This document shows positions 31,862-40,138 of a DNA stretch of 64,000 bases, one piece after another. The notes beneath the pieces were generated by a model. It was not told where the DNA came from. It saw only the letters and a program-made list of their open reading frames with translations, and searched no databases. Source of the DNA: an uncultured Chloroflexia bacterium (GTDB taxonomy: Bacteria > Chloroflexota > Anaerolineae > B4-G1 > SLSP01); assembly GCA_963751345.1 (NCBI GenBank), contig CAVVUS010000030.1:1-64000 (forward strand), written 5' to 3'. A program made the position numbers and the translations under genes. Each line of letters starts with the position of its first letter. The first letter of the stretch is position 1.

Positions 31862-33604
31862 ATGTTAGCTATCCCATCCTCGCGCACCGTGCGTTGGGCC
31901 TGGGCCGCGATCTTGACAGCGGCTGTGGCTACACGGCTCCTCGGACTCGCCACGCCCTTGCTCTCTCCTGATGAGGCGACACGGGCATTGGCCTCTCTGG
32001 ATGCCGCCCGAGGAAACGGTTGGCCGGCGTTCGCAGAGAGCCCCTTGCTCTTGGTAGGTAACGCCCTGCTTTTCACGCTCCTCGGGCCCGGGGATGCCAT
32101 TGCGCGACTCCTGCCGGCCATGGCCGGCGTTGCCCTTGTGGCGCTGCCCCTGCTCTGGCGACGGCGTCTGGGCGACGTCGGAGCCCTCACCGCAGCAGGC
32201 CTGCTGCTCATTTCGCCACTGACACTCTTCGCGGCTCGCCGGGCAGATGGTGCGGCGTTAGGCGCCCTGGGAAGCGCGGCTCTCATCACCTGGCTGTTCG
32301 CGCCGCACGATGATGCCACGGGTAACCGTTGGTCGGAGGGATTTCTTGCCTTCGGCATTGCCGTGGGCGTGATCGGCGGGCCCGGGTTCTACGACCTGCT
32401 GATTCCCGGCCTCGTCGCGTGGCTATTCTTGGTGCGTGGGACACCACAAGCGACCGCGCGCGTGACCTGGCGACCTGTGGTGATAGGGTTGGCGATCGCC
32501 GCTCTCATTTCGCTGGCTTTCGGACTGAGATGGTCAGGATGGGCCGGCGTCACGGATGGCCTGCGGGCATGGCTGGAGGCGTGGAGCAGGTCCGGTGGGC
32601 GTGGAGCGCCGGCACTTGAATCGTTGCTGCTCTACGAGCCCCTCCTGCTGCTCCTATGGCTGGCCGGAATCATCCTTCTCTTTAGGCGCCCGCCCACGAG
32701 CCAGCCCGTGATGTTGTGGCCGGTCGTCCTCTGGGGGTGCCTGGCCATCGCAATCGCCATCCTGCAGCCCGGAAGTTCTCCGGAATCCCTGAGCACGGCA
32801 CTCTTGCCGCTAGCCCTACTGGGAGGTTATGCCGTTCAGCGCATTGTGTCGGAGGCACACCCCGGCGCCCTGCGCTGGATGGGCCTGCACGCACTGCTCG
32901 CGTTCTTCTTCTGGCTCCCCGGCCTGCTGGCGCTCGCACAACACGCCGGCGGGTTTGCCTTCACCGACCAGGTCGCACTGATCGTGCTCGGCATCGTGGT
33001 CCTCTGTGTACTTCAGATCCTGCTGGTCTTTGTCTTCACATTGCTCGTGGCGCCCGGCGACTTGTGGCGGAGCAGCTTCCTGGGTGCCGCGGCCGTCTTT
33101 TTGCTGCTGCAGGCGAGTTTTGCCACCAGCTTGGCCTACGTTCGTCCGGACTCGCCCATTGAACCTGCCGTGAGAGCAGCAACGTCACAGGATGTATCTC
33201 ACCTGGTCACGATGTTACGCGACATCGAGTTCCTGCGCGATGAGCGTCAAGATACGCTCCCCGTCGTCGTGATCGACGGTGATCCACAACTCACTGCAGT
33301 TCTTCGCTGGAACCTGAGGCAATACACAGAACTGAAAATCACCCAGGCGTGGCCGGACGACGATACGGCGCTCGTGATAACACCCGACGGCGAAGCTGAA
33401 GCGCAACCCCCGGACCCCGGAGCGTGGAGAGGTGCGTCATTCGTGTCGACGACGACCTACCAGGGCGGGATCCCGCGCTGTGAAGCGATCCTACCCCCAC
33501 GATGTTCCGGCCCTCTTCAATGGTATCTCTACCGGACCATCCCTGAGGCCGTCGAGACCAACCACCTGATCCTTTGGCAAACGGCCACCACCGCCGGGTG
33601 GTAG
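31862..33604 (+). CDS. Polytopic membrane protein, GT-C/TIGR03663-like
   Basis: RLLGL...LSPDEA, ARLLPA, LLLISP...ARR, LLLYEP; about 12 TM segments and a soluble C-terminal domain. Confidence 0.65.
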   Translation: MLAIPSSRTVRWAWAAILTAAVATRLLGLATPLLSPDEATRALASLDAARGNGWPAFAESPLLLVGNALLFTLLGPGDAIARLLPAMAGVALVALPLLWRRRLGDVGALTAAGLLLISPLTLFAARRADGAALGALGSAALITWLFAPHDDATGNRWSEGFLAFGIAVGVIGGPGFYDLLIPGLVAWLFLVRGTPQATARVTWRPVVIGLAIAALISLAFGLRWSGWAGVTDGLRAWLEAWSRSGGRGAPALESLLLYEPLLLLLWLAGIILLFRRPPTSQPVMLWPVVLWGCLAIAIAILQPGSSPESLSTALLPLALLGGYAVQRIVSEAHPGALRWMGLHALLAFFFWLPGLLALAQHAGGFAFTDQVALIVLGIVVLCVLQILLVFVFTLLVAPGDLWRSSFLGAAAVFLLLQASFATSLAYVRPDSPIEPAVRAATSQDVSHLVTMLRDIEFLRDERQDTLPVVVIDGDPQLTAVLRWNLRQYTELKITQAWPDDDTALVITPDGEAEAQPPDPGAWRGASFVSTTTYQGGIPRCEAILPPRCSGPLQWYLYRTIPEAVETNHLILWQTATTAGW

Positions 33605-33713
33605 CCTTGCCGGGCTGTGCGGCACCTGCTCGAGAAGCTACCAGGCAACGCGACAACACCTCGCTAACCCGGCATCTAGCGTAACCTTGCCCAGGTCAAA
33701 CGTTCTGCTGGGC

Positions 33714-33741
33714 TTGCCCTTCATAAGCCATCGCTTATAAT
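33714..33741 (+). promoter_or_regulatory. Putative sigma70 promoter
   Basis: TTGCCC-N16-TATAAT upstream of the small zinc-finger gene. Confidence 0.6.
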
Positions 33742-33831
33742 GCCGTGCAGATGCCGGGGCGTATCCGGTCATATTCCCGACAGGGATGTCCCTATAAGGA
33801 TACCGGTTGGGCCGCTCCGCAAGGGAGAGCA

Positions 33832-34131
33832 ATGCCCGCATATCGTAAAGCAAGTATTCGAGAATTGACCCAGGCTGCGTCACATATCGATGGCCGGTTT
33901 GTTCAAGGCGTCCTCCACCAGGATTCCGAGAAGGGCTCGTGGTTGGTCGGTGGCACACCCCTCAACGATTGGCTGGCTCACCACGAAGGCGAGGAAGTTA
34001 CCCTGATTCTAGTGTCGATGGACGAAGAGCGTCCGCTGGAAAAGCGAACGTGCAGAACGTGCGGACGTGAATACTACGGTTTCGAGTGCCCGCATTGTCG
34101 AGAAGTCCGCTATCGTCTGCGCGGACAGTAG
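33832..34131 (+). CDS. Small hypothetical protein with C-terminal zinc finger
   Basis: CRTCG...CPHC; gggag SD. Confidence 0.75.
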   Translation: MPAYRKASIRELTQAASHIDGRFVQGVLHQDSEKGSWLVGGTPLNDWLAHHEGEEVTLILVSMDEERPLEKRTCRTCGREYYGFECPHCREVRYRLRGQ

Positions 34132-34223
34132 GTACGTAGCGGGCGTTGCGCCTGCAGCCAGGCGTCCGCGCCCGCAGCCGGGCGTCTGAGCCCGCATATC
34201 CTCAATTGCTCCTGGAGGCATAG

Positions 34224-34895
34224 GTGAAGATTCAGGACTATATTCGTGTTCTCCGGCGTCGTGGCTGGATCATCATCCTGGCCACGGTCGTCACGGCGGC
34301 GAGCGCGTTTGTGTTTGGCAAGCTCCAAACACCCATGTACCGCTCCAGTATTGTCGTATCCATCCAGCTTGCCCGTCCGGACCTCAGCTTGACCCAATCG
34401 GCCAAACAGCTTCTGCGCTCTTATGCCAACGTGATGCTGTCCGAGAAACGTGCGACGACGGTGATCGAGACCTTAGGGCTCTATATGGACCCACGGGATC
34501 TCAAGGGTGACGTGGCAATCGTCGCAGATGATTCCATTATGGCCATCAAGATCGACGTGGACAACGCCGACGGCGAGGTAGCCAACCAGATCGCCAACAC
34601 CTGGGCTCAACTGCTGGTCCAGTGGCGCGAAGCACAGAACGCCAAACAGAACAAAGAGGACCGCGTTTTCGCCGAGATTATCGACCTCGCCTCTTACCGG
34701 TTGCTGCGACCGAAGATGTCCATCAACGTGGCAGCAGGTGCGGCCCTGGGATTTGTGTTGGGCACGTTCGCGGTCCTGGCACTGGAGTGGCTGGAGACCG
34801 GTATCATCCGCGACCCTACGTCGATAGAGGCGGATACCGGGTTGACGCTGATCGGAATTATCCCCCCGGTACAGCGGTCGTCAGGCTCGCGGTAG
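34224..34895 (+). CDS. Polysaccharide chain-length determinant (CpsC/CapA/YveK-like)
   Basis: DYIRVLRRRGWII, TPMYRSS, two TM segments, C-terminal LIGIIP. Confidence 0.85.
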   Translation: MKIQDYIRVLRRRGWIIILATVVTAASAFVFGKLQTPMYRSSIVVSIQLARPDLSLTQSAKQLLRSYANVMLSEKRATTVIETLGLYMDPRDLKGDVAIVADDSIMAIKIDVDNADGEVANQIANTWAQLLVQWREAQNAKQNKEDRVFAEIIDLASYRLLRPKMSINVAAGAALGFVLGTFAVLALEWLETGIIRDPTSIEADTGLTLIGIIPPVQRSSGSR

Positions 34896-34929
34896 GGCCC
34901 GTTTCCACATTACCCAAGGGAGTTCATGC

Positions 34930-35583
34930 ATGGATGTTGATCTGATCACCGTGCGCGAGCCACAAAGCGCGGCAGCAGAGGCTTATCGCGCCCTGCGGAT
35001 GAACCTCGCCTTTACCAGCTTGGATCATGAGCTGCAGACCTTGGTGGTAGCGTCGCCGGCAGCAAATGACACCGATCACAAGGTCGCCGGGAACCTCGCC
35101 GTGGTCATCGCGCAGTCCGGAAAGCACGTGTGCCTCGTCGACGCCGACCTCCGCCGGCCGAGTCTCCACGCCCTCTTTGGCATCTCTCAGGAACCTGGGG
35201 TGACTACCTTTATGTTGAGCCGTGAGGAGCGTCCAACCGTCACGTGCGTCGAGACAAACGTGCCCGGACTCTCTTTGCTGCCATCAGGCGCCCTGCCCCC
35301 GAATCCGGCAGATATCCTGGGCTCCAACAAAATGAGCCTGCTACTGGATCAGCTCAAGGCAAGCGTCGATGTTGTGGTATTGCAGGCACCGCCGGTGACC
35401 GTCGCCGTGGACGCTTCGGTGCTGGCAGCCCTGACCGACGGGCTGCTTCTGGTCGTACGGACAGGGCACACGCGGCGGGATCGGGTAGAGCAGGCCAAAG
35501 AGCTGCTGGATCGCTTCAGGGTGCGCATCCTGGGTGCGGTCCTGACCGACGCACCGGAGCGGGGGCTGCTGACGGGATACTAA
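34930..35583 (+). CDS. CpsD/CapB-family BY-kinase homolog with degenerate Walker A/B
   Basis: EAYRALRMNL, LVDADLRRP, LPPNPADIL; Walker A reads SPAANDTDHK and Walker B reads LQAPP. Confidence 0.85.
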   Translation: MDVDLITVREPQSAAAEAYRALRMNLAFTSLDHELQTLVVASPAANDTDHKVAGNLAVVIAQSGKHVCLVDADLRRPSLHALFGISQEPGVTTFMLSREERPTVTCVETNVPGLSLLPSGALPPNPADILGSNKMSLLLDQLKASVDVVVLQAPPVTVAVDASVLAALTDGLLLVVRTGHTRRDRVEQAKELLDRFRVRILGAVLTDAPERGLLTGY

Positions 35584-35603
35584 ATGCGGCTTCGCGGTTA
35601 CGG

Positions 35604-36722
35604 CTACTCCGTGGGCTCCTGTGTTTCATAGGCATAGACGTCAAACGCAGCCTCGAACGGCGTCCCTGCGATCTCCAGTGTCACCGTATACGCGCCCGGT
35701 GCCAGAAATGGGTTATCGGGCTGACCGGTGAGGCTATCCCAGACGACACCTTCCGATGCTCCCTGCCAGGCGCCGCTCGCCTCACGGATGAGGGCACCCT
35801 CATGCCACCAGGCACTGCGCCACACGGTGCCGGGCACCAGGTTCCGGCACGTACTGCCCGCATAGACCACCTGGGTATACCAGTCAAAGAGCGTCAAAGG
35901 CAGGAAGGGTTCCCCCTCTGACGTCACACCGGCAGCCGTGAACAAAGGCTCGCAGGAGACAATCTCGGGTGTCGGGGTCCGCGTCGGCGCCGGCGTCGCG
36001 GCAGCAGGATCAAGTTGGATGGCGAAGTCCAGTACCCGCGTGACCTCGCCCATCAGGGTCATCTCCGCCTCGTAACTTCCCACCTCAAAGAGACGTTCAT
36101 CGCCAAGATAGCAGGCCATCGCGCCCGTCCCACCGAGTGTGTCCAGAACACCGCTCGTGTTGCAGACTGTCGCGCCTGCACGATCGCGGACGGTCACCCA
36201 GTACGGCGCACCGAGGCACCCTCCCTCATACGCATACCCGACGTAGAAAAGCTCGGTATTCGGATCGAGGCGGGAGACGGCCTCCCCATCCGGCACCCTG
36301 CGAACCGCGAGATCGGTGATCGCAGGCGACTGTGGGCTGACGGAGAGATCAAGCTGGCCCAGGTCAACCTCCTGCCAGGCCAGGTCGAGGGTATAGGATC
36401 CGGAGGGCAGGGGGCGACCGTCAGGGAAGGCAACGATGAACGTCCCGTCGCGAAGCACCCAGGTCCCTTCGCCAACTAACTGCCCCGCGGCACCGGTCAA
36501 TCTCCAGGTTGCAGGCGACTCGGCCGGCCAATTCTCCGATGTCTGGACGCGAACTCTGATTTGGGTCGCGCTGCCGCAGACCACGTCAGGAGCGTCTACC
36601 AGTTGCACATCGGGGACGCGAGGTGCGATAGCCGTTGGCGCGGGAGCACGCGAGCAGGCCGCCCAGGTCAAGGCCAGGATGCCTACAAAGGCACGCTGCC
36701 AACCGGCGCGTCGGGTGTCCAT
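35604..36722 (-). CDS. Hypothetical lipoprotein with repeated beta-rich (Ig-like) domains
   Basis: Signal peptide ending WAAC; repeated GxYxxxL motifs; PTPT linker. Confidence 0.7.
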   Translation of the reverse strand: MDTRRAGWQRAFVGILALTWAACSRAPAPTAIAPRVPDVQLVDAPDVVCGSATQIRVRVQTSENWPAESPATWRLTGAAGQLVGEGTWVLRDGTFIVAFPDGRPLPSGSYTLDLAWQEVDLGQLDLSVSPQSPAITDLAVRRVPDGEAVSRLDPNTELFYVGYAYEGGCLGAPYWVTVRDRAGATVCNTSGVLDTLGGTGAMACYLGDERLFEVGSYEAEMTLMGEVTRVLDFAIQLDPAAATPAPTRTPTPEIVSCEPLFTAAGVTSEGEPFLPLTLFDWYTQVVYAGSTCRNLVPGTVWRSAWWHEGALIREASGAWQGASEGVVWDSLTGQPDNPFLAPGAYTVTLEIAGTPFEAAFDVYAYETQEPTE

Positions 36723-37141
36723 TCGACAAGCTCCTTAATCATGCTCTCGGCGTATTCACGCCAATGTGGATGATCACCTTCCACCAGATACGCGCGGAAG
36801 TCGGTGAGCGCTTCCTCATACTCTCGCAACTGTTGGTGAGCGATCCCCCGATTGAACCTGGCCTCACTCAGGCCCGGATCCAGTTCGAACGCCCGGGTCA
36901 GGTCAAGAATGGCGCGGCGCGGGTGATCCACTTCCCGCCAATAGAGGATACCCCGCTCCATATAAGCACGGGCGAAATCCGGCTTGTAGCTGATGGCGCG
37001 GGTAAAGGCATCGATGGCCTTCTCATACTCCGTTAGCAGCCCATACTTGTTGCCGAAGTGCCGGTAGCTGCCGGCAAGCCTATAGTGGAATTGTGCCAGG
37101 ATCAGCGCAAACAACTTCCGAATGATCGTCATTTTCCTCAC
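36683..37141 (-). CDS. Tetratricopeptide repeat protein
   Basis: AIDAFTRAISYKP, AYMERG, AFELDP, ARFNRG TPR pattern. Confidence 0.82.
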   Translation of the reverse strand: MRKMTIIRKLFALILAQFHYRLAGSYRHFGNKYGLLTEYEKAIDAFTRAISYKPDFARAYMERGILYWREVDHPRRAILDLTRAFELDPGLSEARFNRGIAHQQLREYEEALTDFRAYLVEGDHPHWREYAESMIKELVEWTPDAPVGSVPL

Positions 37142-38247
37142 ACCGGTGCCAGAACCGACCGATAGGTCGCCAACGTCGATCGAGCAATCTCTGTCTGGGT
37201 ATAGTGACTCAGCACCCGCTCGCGTCCTTGCCGCCCAAGGTTCCGGCGGAGTTCGGGCTGATGGATGACCTCATCGAGGACGCGGCTCAACGCGACGGCA
37301 TCCGCCTCAGGGAACACGCGTCCGGCGTCCCCAATCACGTGTGGGATTTCGCCCGTGTCGGATCCGATGACCGCGACCTCACACGCCATCGCCTCGATCA
37401 GGACGCGCCCGAATTGCTCGGTCCAGTTCGTGCGACTCAGCGAGGGAAGCACCAGGACGTCCGTCTCGCCATAGAAACGTGGCATCGCGGCTGACGGCAG
37501 CCACGCCCGGAAGGACACGCGATCCTCCAATCCCAGGGCCGTCACCTGCTCATGGAGGGCGCCGGCGAGCGGGCCACTGCCCAGAAGGGTCGCACGCCAT
37601 CTGCCAGGCGTGCGAGCCAATGCGTTCAGCAGGACATCGATGCCTTTCTCAGGGACGAACCGACCTACATAGGCGATGTGGACGGGTGCGCCAACTCGCG
37701 GTCCAAGCGGGGGGAGGAAGTCGTCCGGGTCAACGCCAAATTGGGGGACGACCGACAGCGGGCCGGCATAGCCCTTGTCCCGCCAGACCCGGGCAGATGT
37801 ATGGCTGCCAACGATGGCGTGGTCGATCCGGGTGAGATTATAGCGCTCGAGCCAGGAGAAGGGTGGTGGGTAGCGGCGTGCCAGGTTCTGCCAGGAGAAC
37901 CAGAGGGTCCGGGCACCGGACCGGCGAGCAAGGACGTTCGCATGATAGGTAGCGAAATTGTAAGGTTCCTCGTCAATGTGCACCAGATCGGGTTGCACAC
38001 GACGGATGAGACGGTTAAGGCCCGGATAGAAGTGCAGGTGGAAAGAGCCATTGAAAAGGATGGGCAGCACCTCGAGTCGATATCCATGCGTATGGGACCG
38101 TTCCAGCCGCGTGGTTCCCCGTTCGTCCCGCCACGCTGGCGGCACGACGACGGTTAGTGAAAGGTCGGGAGACGCCTTCGCCATGGCCTCCAGCTTTTTC
38201 TGATATGCGCCGACGATACACGCCTTGGATACCATTACGACGCGCAA
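37138..38247 (-). CDS. Glycosyltransferase family 4
   Basis: YVGRFVPEKG, EQFGRVLIEAMAC, GSDTGEIP. Confidence 0.92.
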   Translation of the reverse strand: MRVVMVSKACIVGAYQKKLEAMAKASPDLSLTVVVPPAWRDERGTTRLERSHTHGYRLEVLPILFNGSFHLHFYPGLNRLIRRVQPDLVHIDEEPYNFATYHANVLARRSGARTLWFSWQNLARRYPPPFSWLERYNLTRIDHAIVGSHTSARVWRDKGYAGPLSVVPQFGVDPDDFLPPLGPRVGAPVHIAYVGRFVPEKGIDVLLNALARTPGRWRATLLGSGPLAGALHEQVTALGLEDRVSFRAWLPSAAMPRFYGETDVLVLPSLSRTNWTEQFGRVLIEAMACEVAVIGSDTGEIPHVIGDAGRVFPEADAVALSRVLDEVIHQPELRRNLGRQGRERVLSHYTQTEIARSTLATYRSVLAPV

Positions 38248-38344
38248 CTGTCACCCACATGTTTCCCATCTGAGCATAAACTGTAGTATAACGCCAAGGG
38301 AGTGCTAAGCAATGCACCCCCCGTTTAGTTAGGATTTGGATGGC

Positions 38345-38373
38345 TTTACACGGTTCTCAAACCGTGCTATACT
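38345..38373 (+). promoter_or_regulatory. Promoter of the 38.5-46.4 kb operon with an overlapping 7-4-7 palindrome (candidate operator)
   Basis: TTTACA-N17-TATACT with TGn; CACGGTT-ctca-AACCGTG at 38349-38366. Confidence 0.6.
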
Positions 38374-38473
38374 GAGAAAGCTGTCAGATTATGCAATATC
38401 AATGTGCGGGCCTGGCACAGCCGAGCAGGGACGTGGTCTCGTGGTTCTTTCTGAGCGCAGAGCGAGGATCCCA

Positions 38474-38746
38474 GTGGAACATAATGCTTACCTCCCATCA
38501 GCCCTCGTGCTCTGGTTTGATGATCTGCGGGACCGCCAACTGGGAGACCTGGCCGGCATATTGGTCAAAGTTCTTCGGCTGTGGGGATTCGCAATCAGCC
38601 AAATCCTCTGGATGTTAACGCCCCTCGTCGGGCAGTCAAAGGTGGCTGCCATAGCAGAAGCATTGGAGGATCCCGAAGCGATGGACGTCCTCTACGCCCA
38701 CGTAGTCGAAGGACTGCCGGTGATAGGCAGGGTCGAAGGAGAATAG
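38474..38746 (+). CDS. Small hypothetical protein, first gene of the operon
   Basis: GTG after gagga; ends 1 bp before the next start. Confidence 0.6.
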   Translation: MEHNAYLPSALVLWFDDLRDRQLGDLAGILVKVLRLWGFAISQILWMLTPLVGQSKVAAIAEALEDPEAMDVLYAHVVEGLPVIGRVEGE

Positions 38747-38747
38747 C

Positions 38748-39503
38748 ATGGGCACCCAACTCGTCGCACTGGGTATGGCCTTCATCGGCACCGTTGCCCT
38801 CCTGCTCTACGGTCTCCAGCGGAATCGCCGCCAGCGCGATCGGACCATTGTCCCCGCCTTCAAAGCGTTTTCCGGCGAAGTCGGGCGCGTCGCGGAGGAA
38901 GGCGCCGTCATCCACGTGGCGTTGGGCAGCGGCGGCCTTCTCGGTGAGGACAGTATGGTCTCTGTCGCGGCCCTGCAGGGACTCAGTGGCCTGACCGAGC
39001 TCTCGGCTGCCTACGACACGCCTCCTTACATAACTACGGGGGATCCCACCCTTTACCTGCTGGCCGACAACCAGATCCGCGCGGCTTACGCCCGACTGGG
39101 AAGCATGGATCACTACAAACCCGGTTTCGTTCGCTTCGTGGCCCCTTCCCCCATTCTGTATGCTGCCGCAGCCGCCACGCTTACCGGCGACGAGCCGGTG
39201 GGTACCAACATCAACCTTGGCAGCTTCGGACAGGAAGTCAGCCTTCTGTCGCACGCCGCGTCCGTCAGCAACGTCAAGATGTACGGCGGCGTCACGTCAG
39301 CGACTGGATCGGCGGCTCTCTATCCCGAACTCGACGACACCCATCTGGCCATCGGCGAGGAGATGTTTGCAGGTGGGGCTGAGGTCACGGGCCGGTCGAT
39401 GTTCTGGGCCGGACTGTGGAGCCAGGATTTCCTGCGGTGGCTGATTGTCGTGGGTATCGTGGTCGCGGCAGCCGCCGCCCTGCTGGGGATCGGAGGCCTA
39501 TGA
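38748..39503 (+). CDS. Membrane protein with N- and C-terminal TM flanking an alpha/beta domain (resembles DUF6754)
   Basis: VGRVAEEGAVIHVALGSGG, LAIGEEMFAGGA, QDFLRWLIV; family assignment from recognition, not from a search. Confidence 0.65.
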   Translation: MGTQLVALGMAFIGTVALLLYGLQRNRRQRDRTIVPAFKAFSGEVGRVAEEGAVIHVALGSGGLLGEDSMVSVAALQGLSGLTELSAAYDTPPYITTGDPTLYLLADNQIRAAYARLGSMDHYKPGFVRFVAPSPILYAAAAATLTGDEPVGTNINLGSFGQEVSLLSHAASVSNVKMYGGVTSATGSAALYPELDDTHLAIGEEMFAGGAEVTGRSMFWAGLWSQDFLRWLIVVGIVVAAAAALLGIGGL

Positions 39504-40118
39504 TGCTCAGATGGTTCATCCCCACCGTCGTGGCCGTCGTCGTCGGCCTCGTAACACTGCTCGGTTTCCTGCTGCCGGTCTCGGCTTTTGAATCCTTGCG
39601 CGTCATCCTGGTCCGAGGGGCTACGGTCCTGGCCGCGTTCGCGTTCGTCCTGGCCTATGGCAACTTGCTCCGCGTGCACGCCGCACGCGTTCTGAAAAGA
39701 CAGGCCAAGCATCTGATTCCGAGCCTCATATTGATCGTTTCAGCGGTGGTGAGTCTTGTCCTGGTCCTTGTGCAGGGGCAGGATGGCCCGGCGGTGCGCT
39801 ATCTCGTGCAGGCCGATACTCGTCCCCGGAGAGTCCGCGCTGCTGGCGCTTACTGCCGTGACCCTGCTATTAGCAGGCATGCGACTCTATCGAAGTCGGC
39901 GCCACGTCAACAGCGTGCTCTTCATCGTAGTTGCGCTTCTCACGTTACTCAGTGCAGCCCCTTTGATCTATCCCCCACTTGTGAAAACCGTGATGGATTT
40001 CGTCAATGCGGTGGCTACCGGCGGCTTGCGTGGTCTGCTCCTTGGCGTAGCACTTGGGACGGTCGTCACGGGTCTGCGCGTGATCCTGGGTATCGATCGA
40101 CCGCAGAGCGGCGGATAA
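39500..40118 (+). CDS. Small polytopic membrane protein; frameshift near 39812
   Basis: ATGA overlap; two hydrophobic ORFs join; C-terminal RGLLLGVALG...LRVILGIDRP. Confidence 0.75.
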
Positions 40119-40138
40119 GATAGGCCTGGATAGAGATC

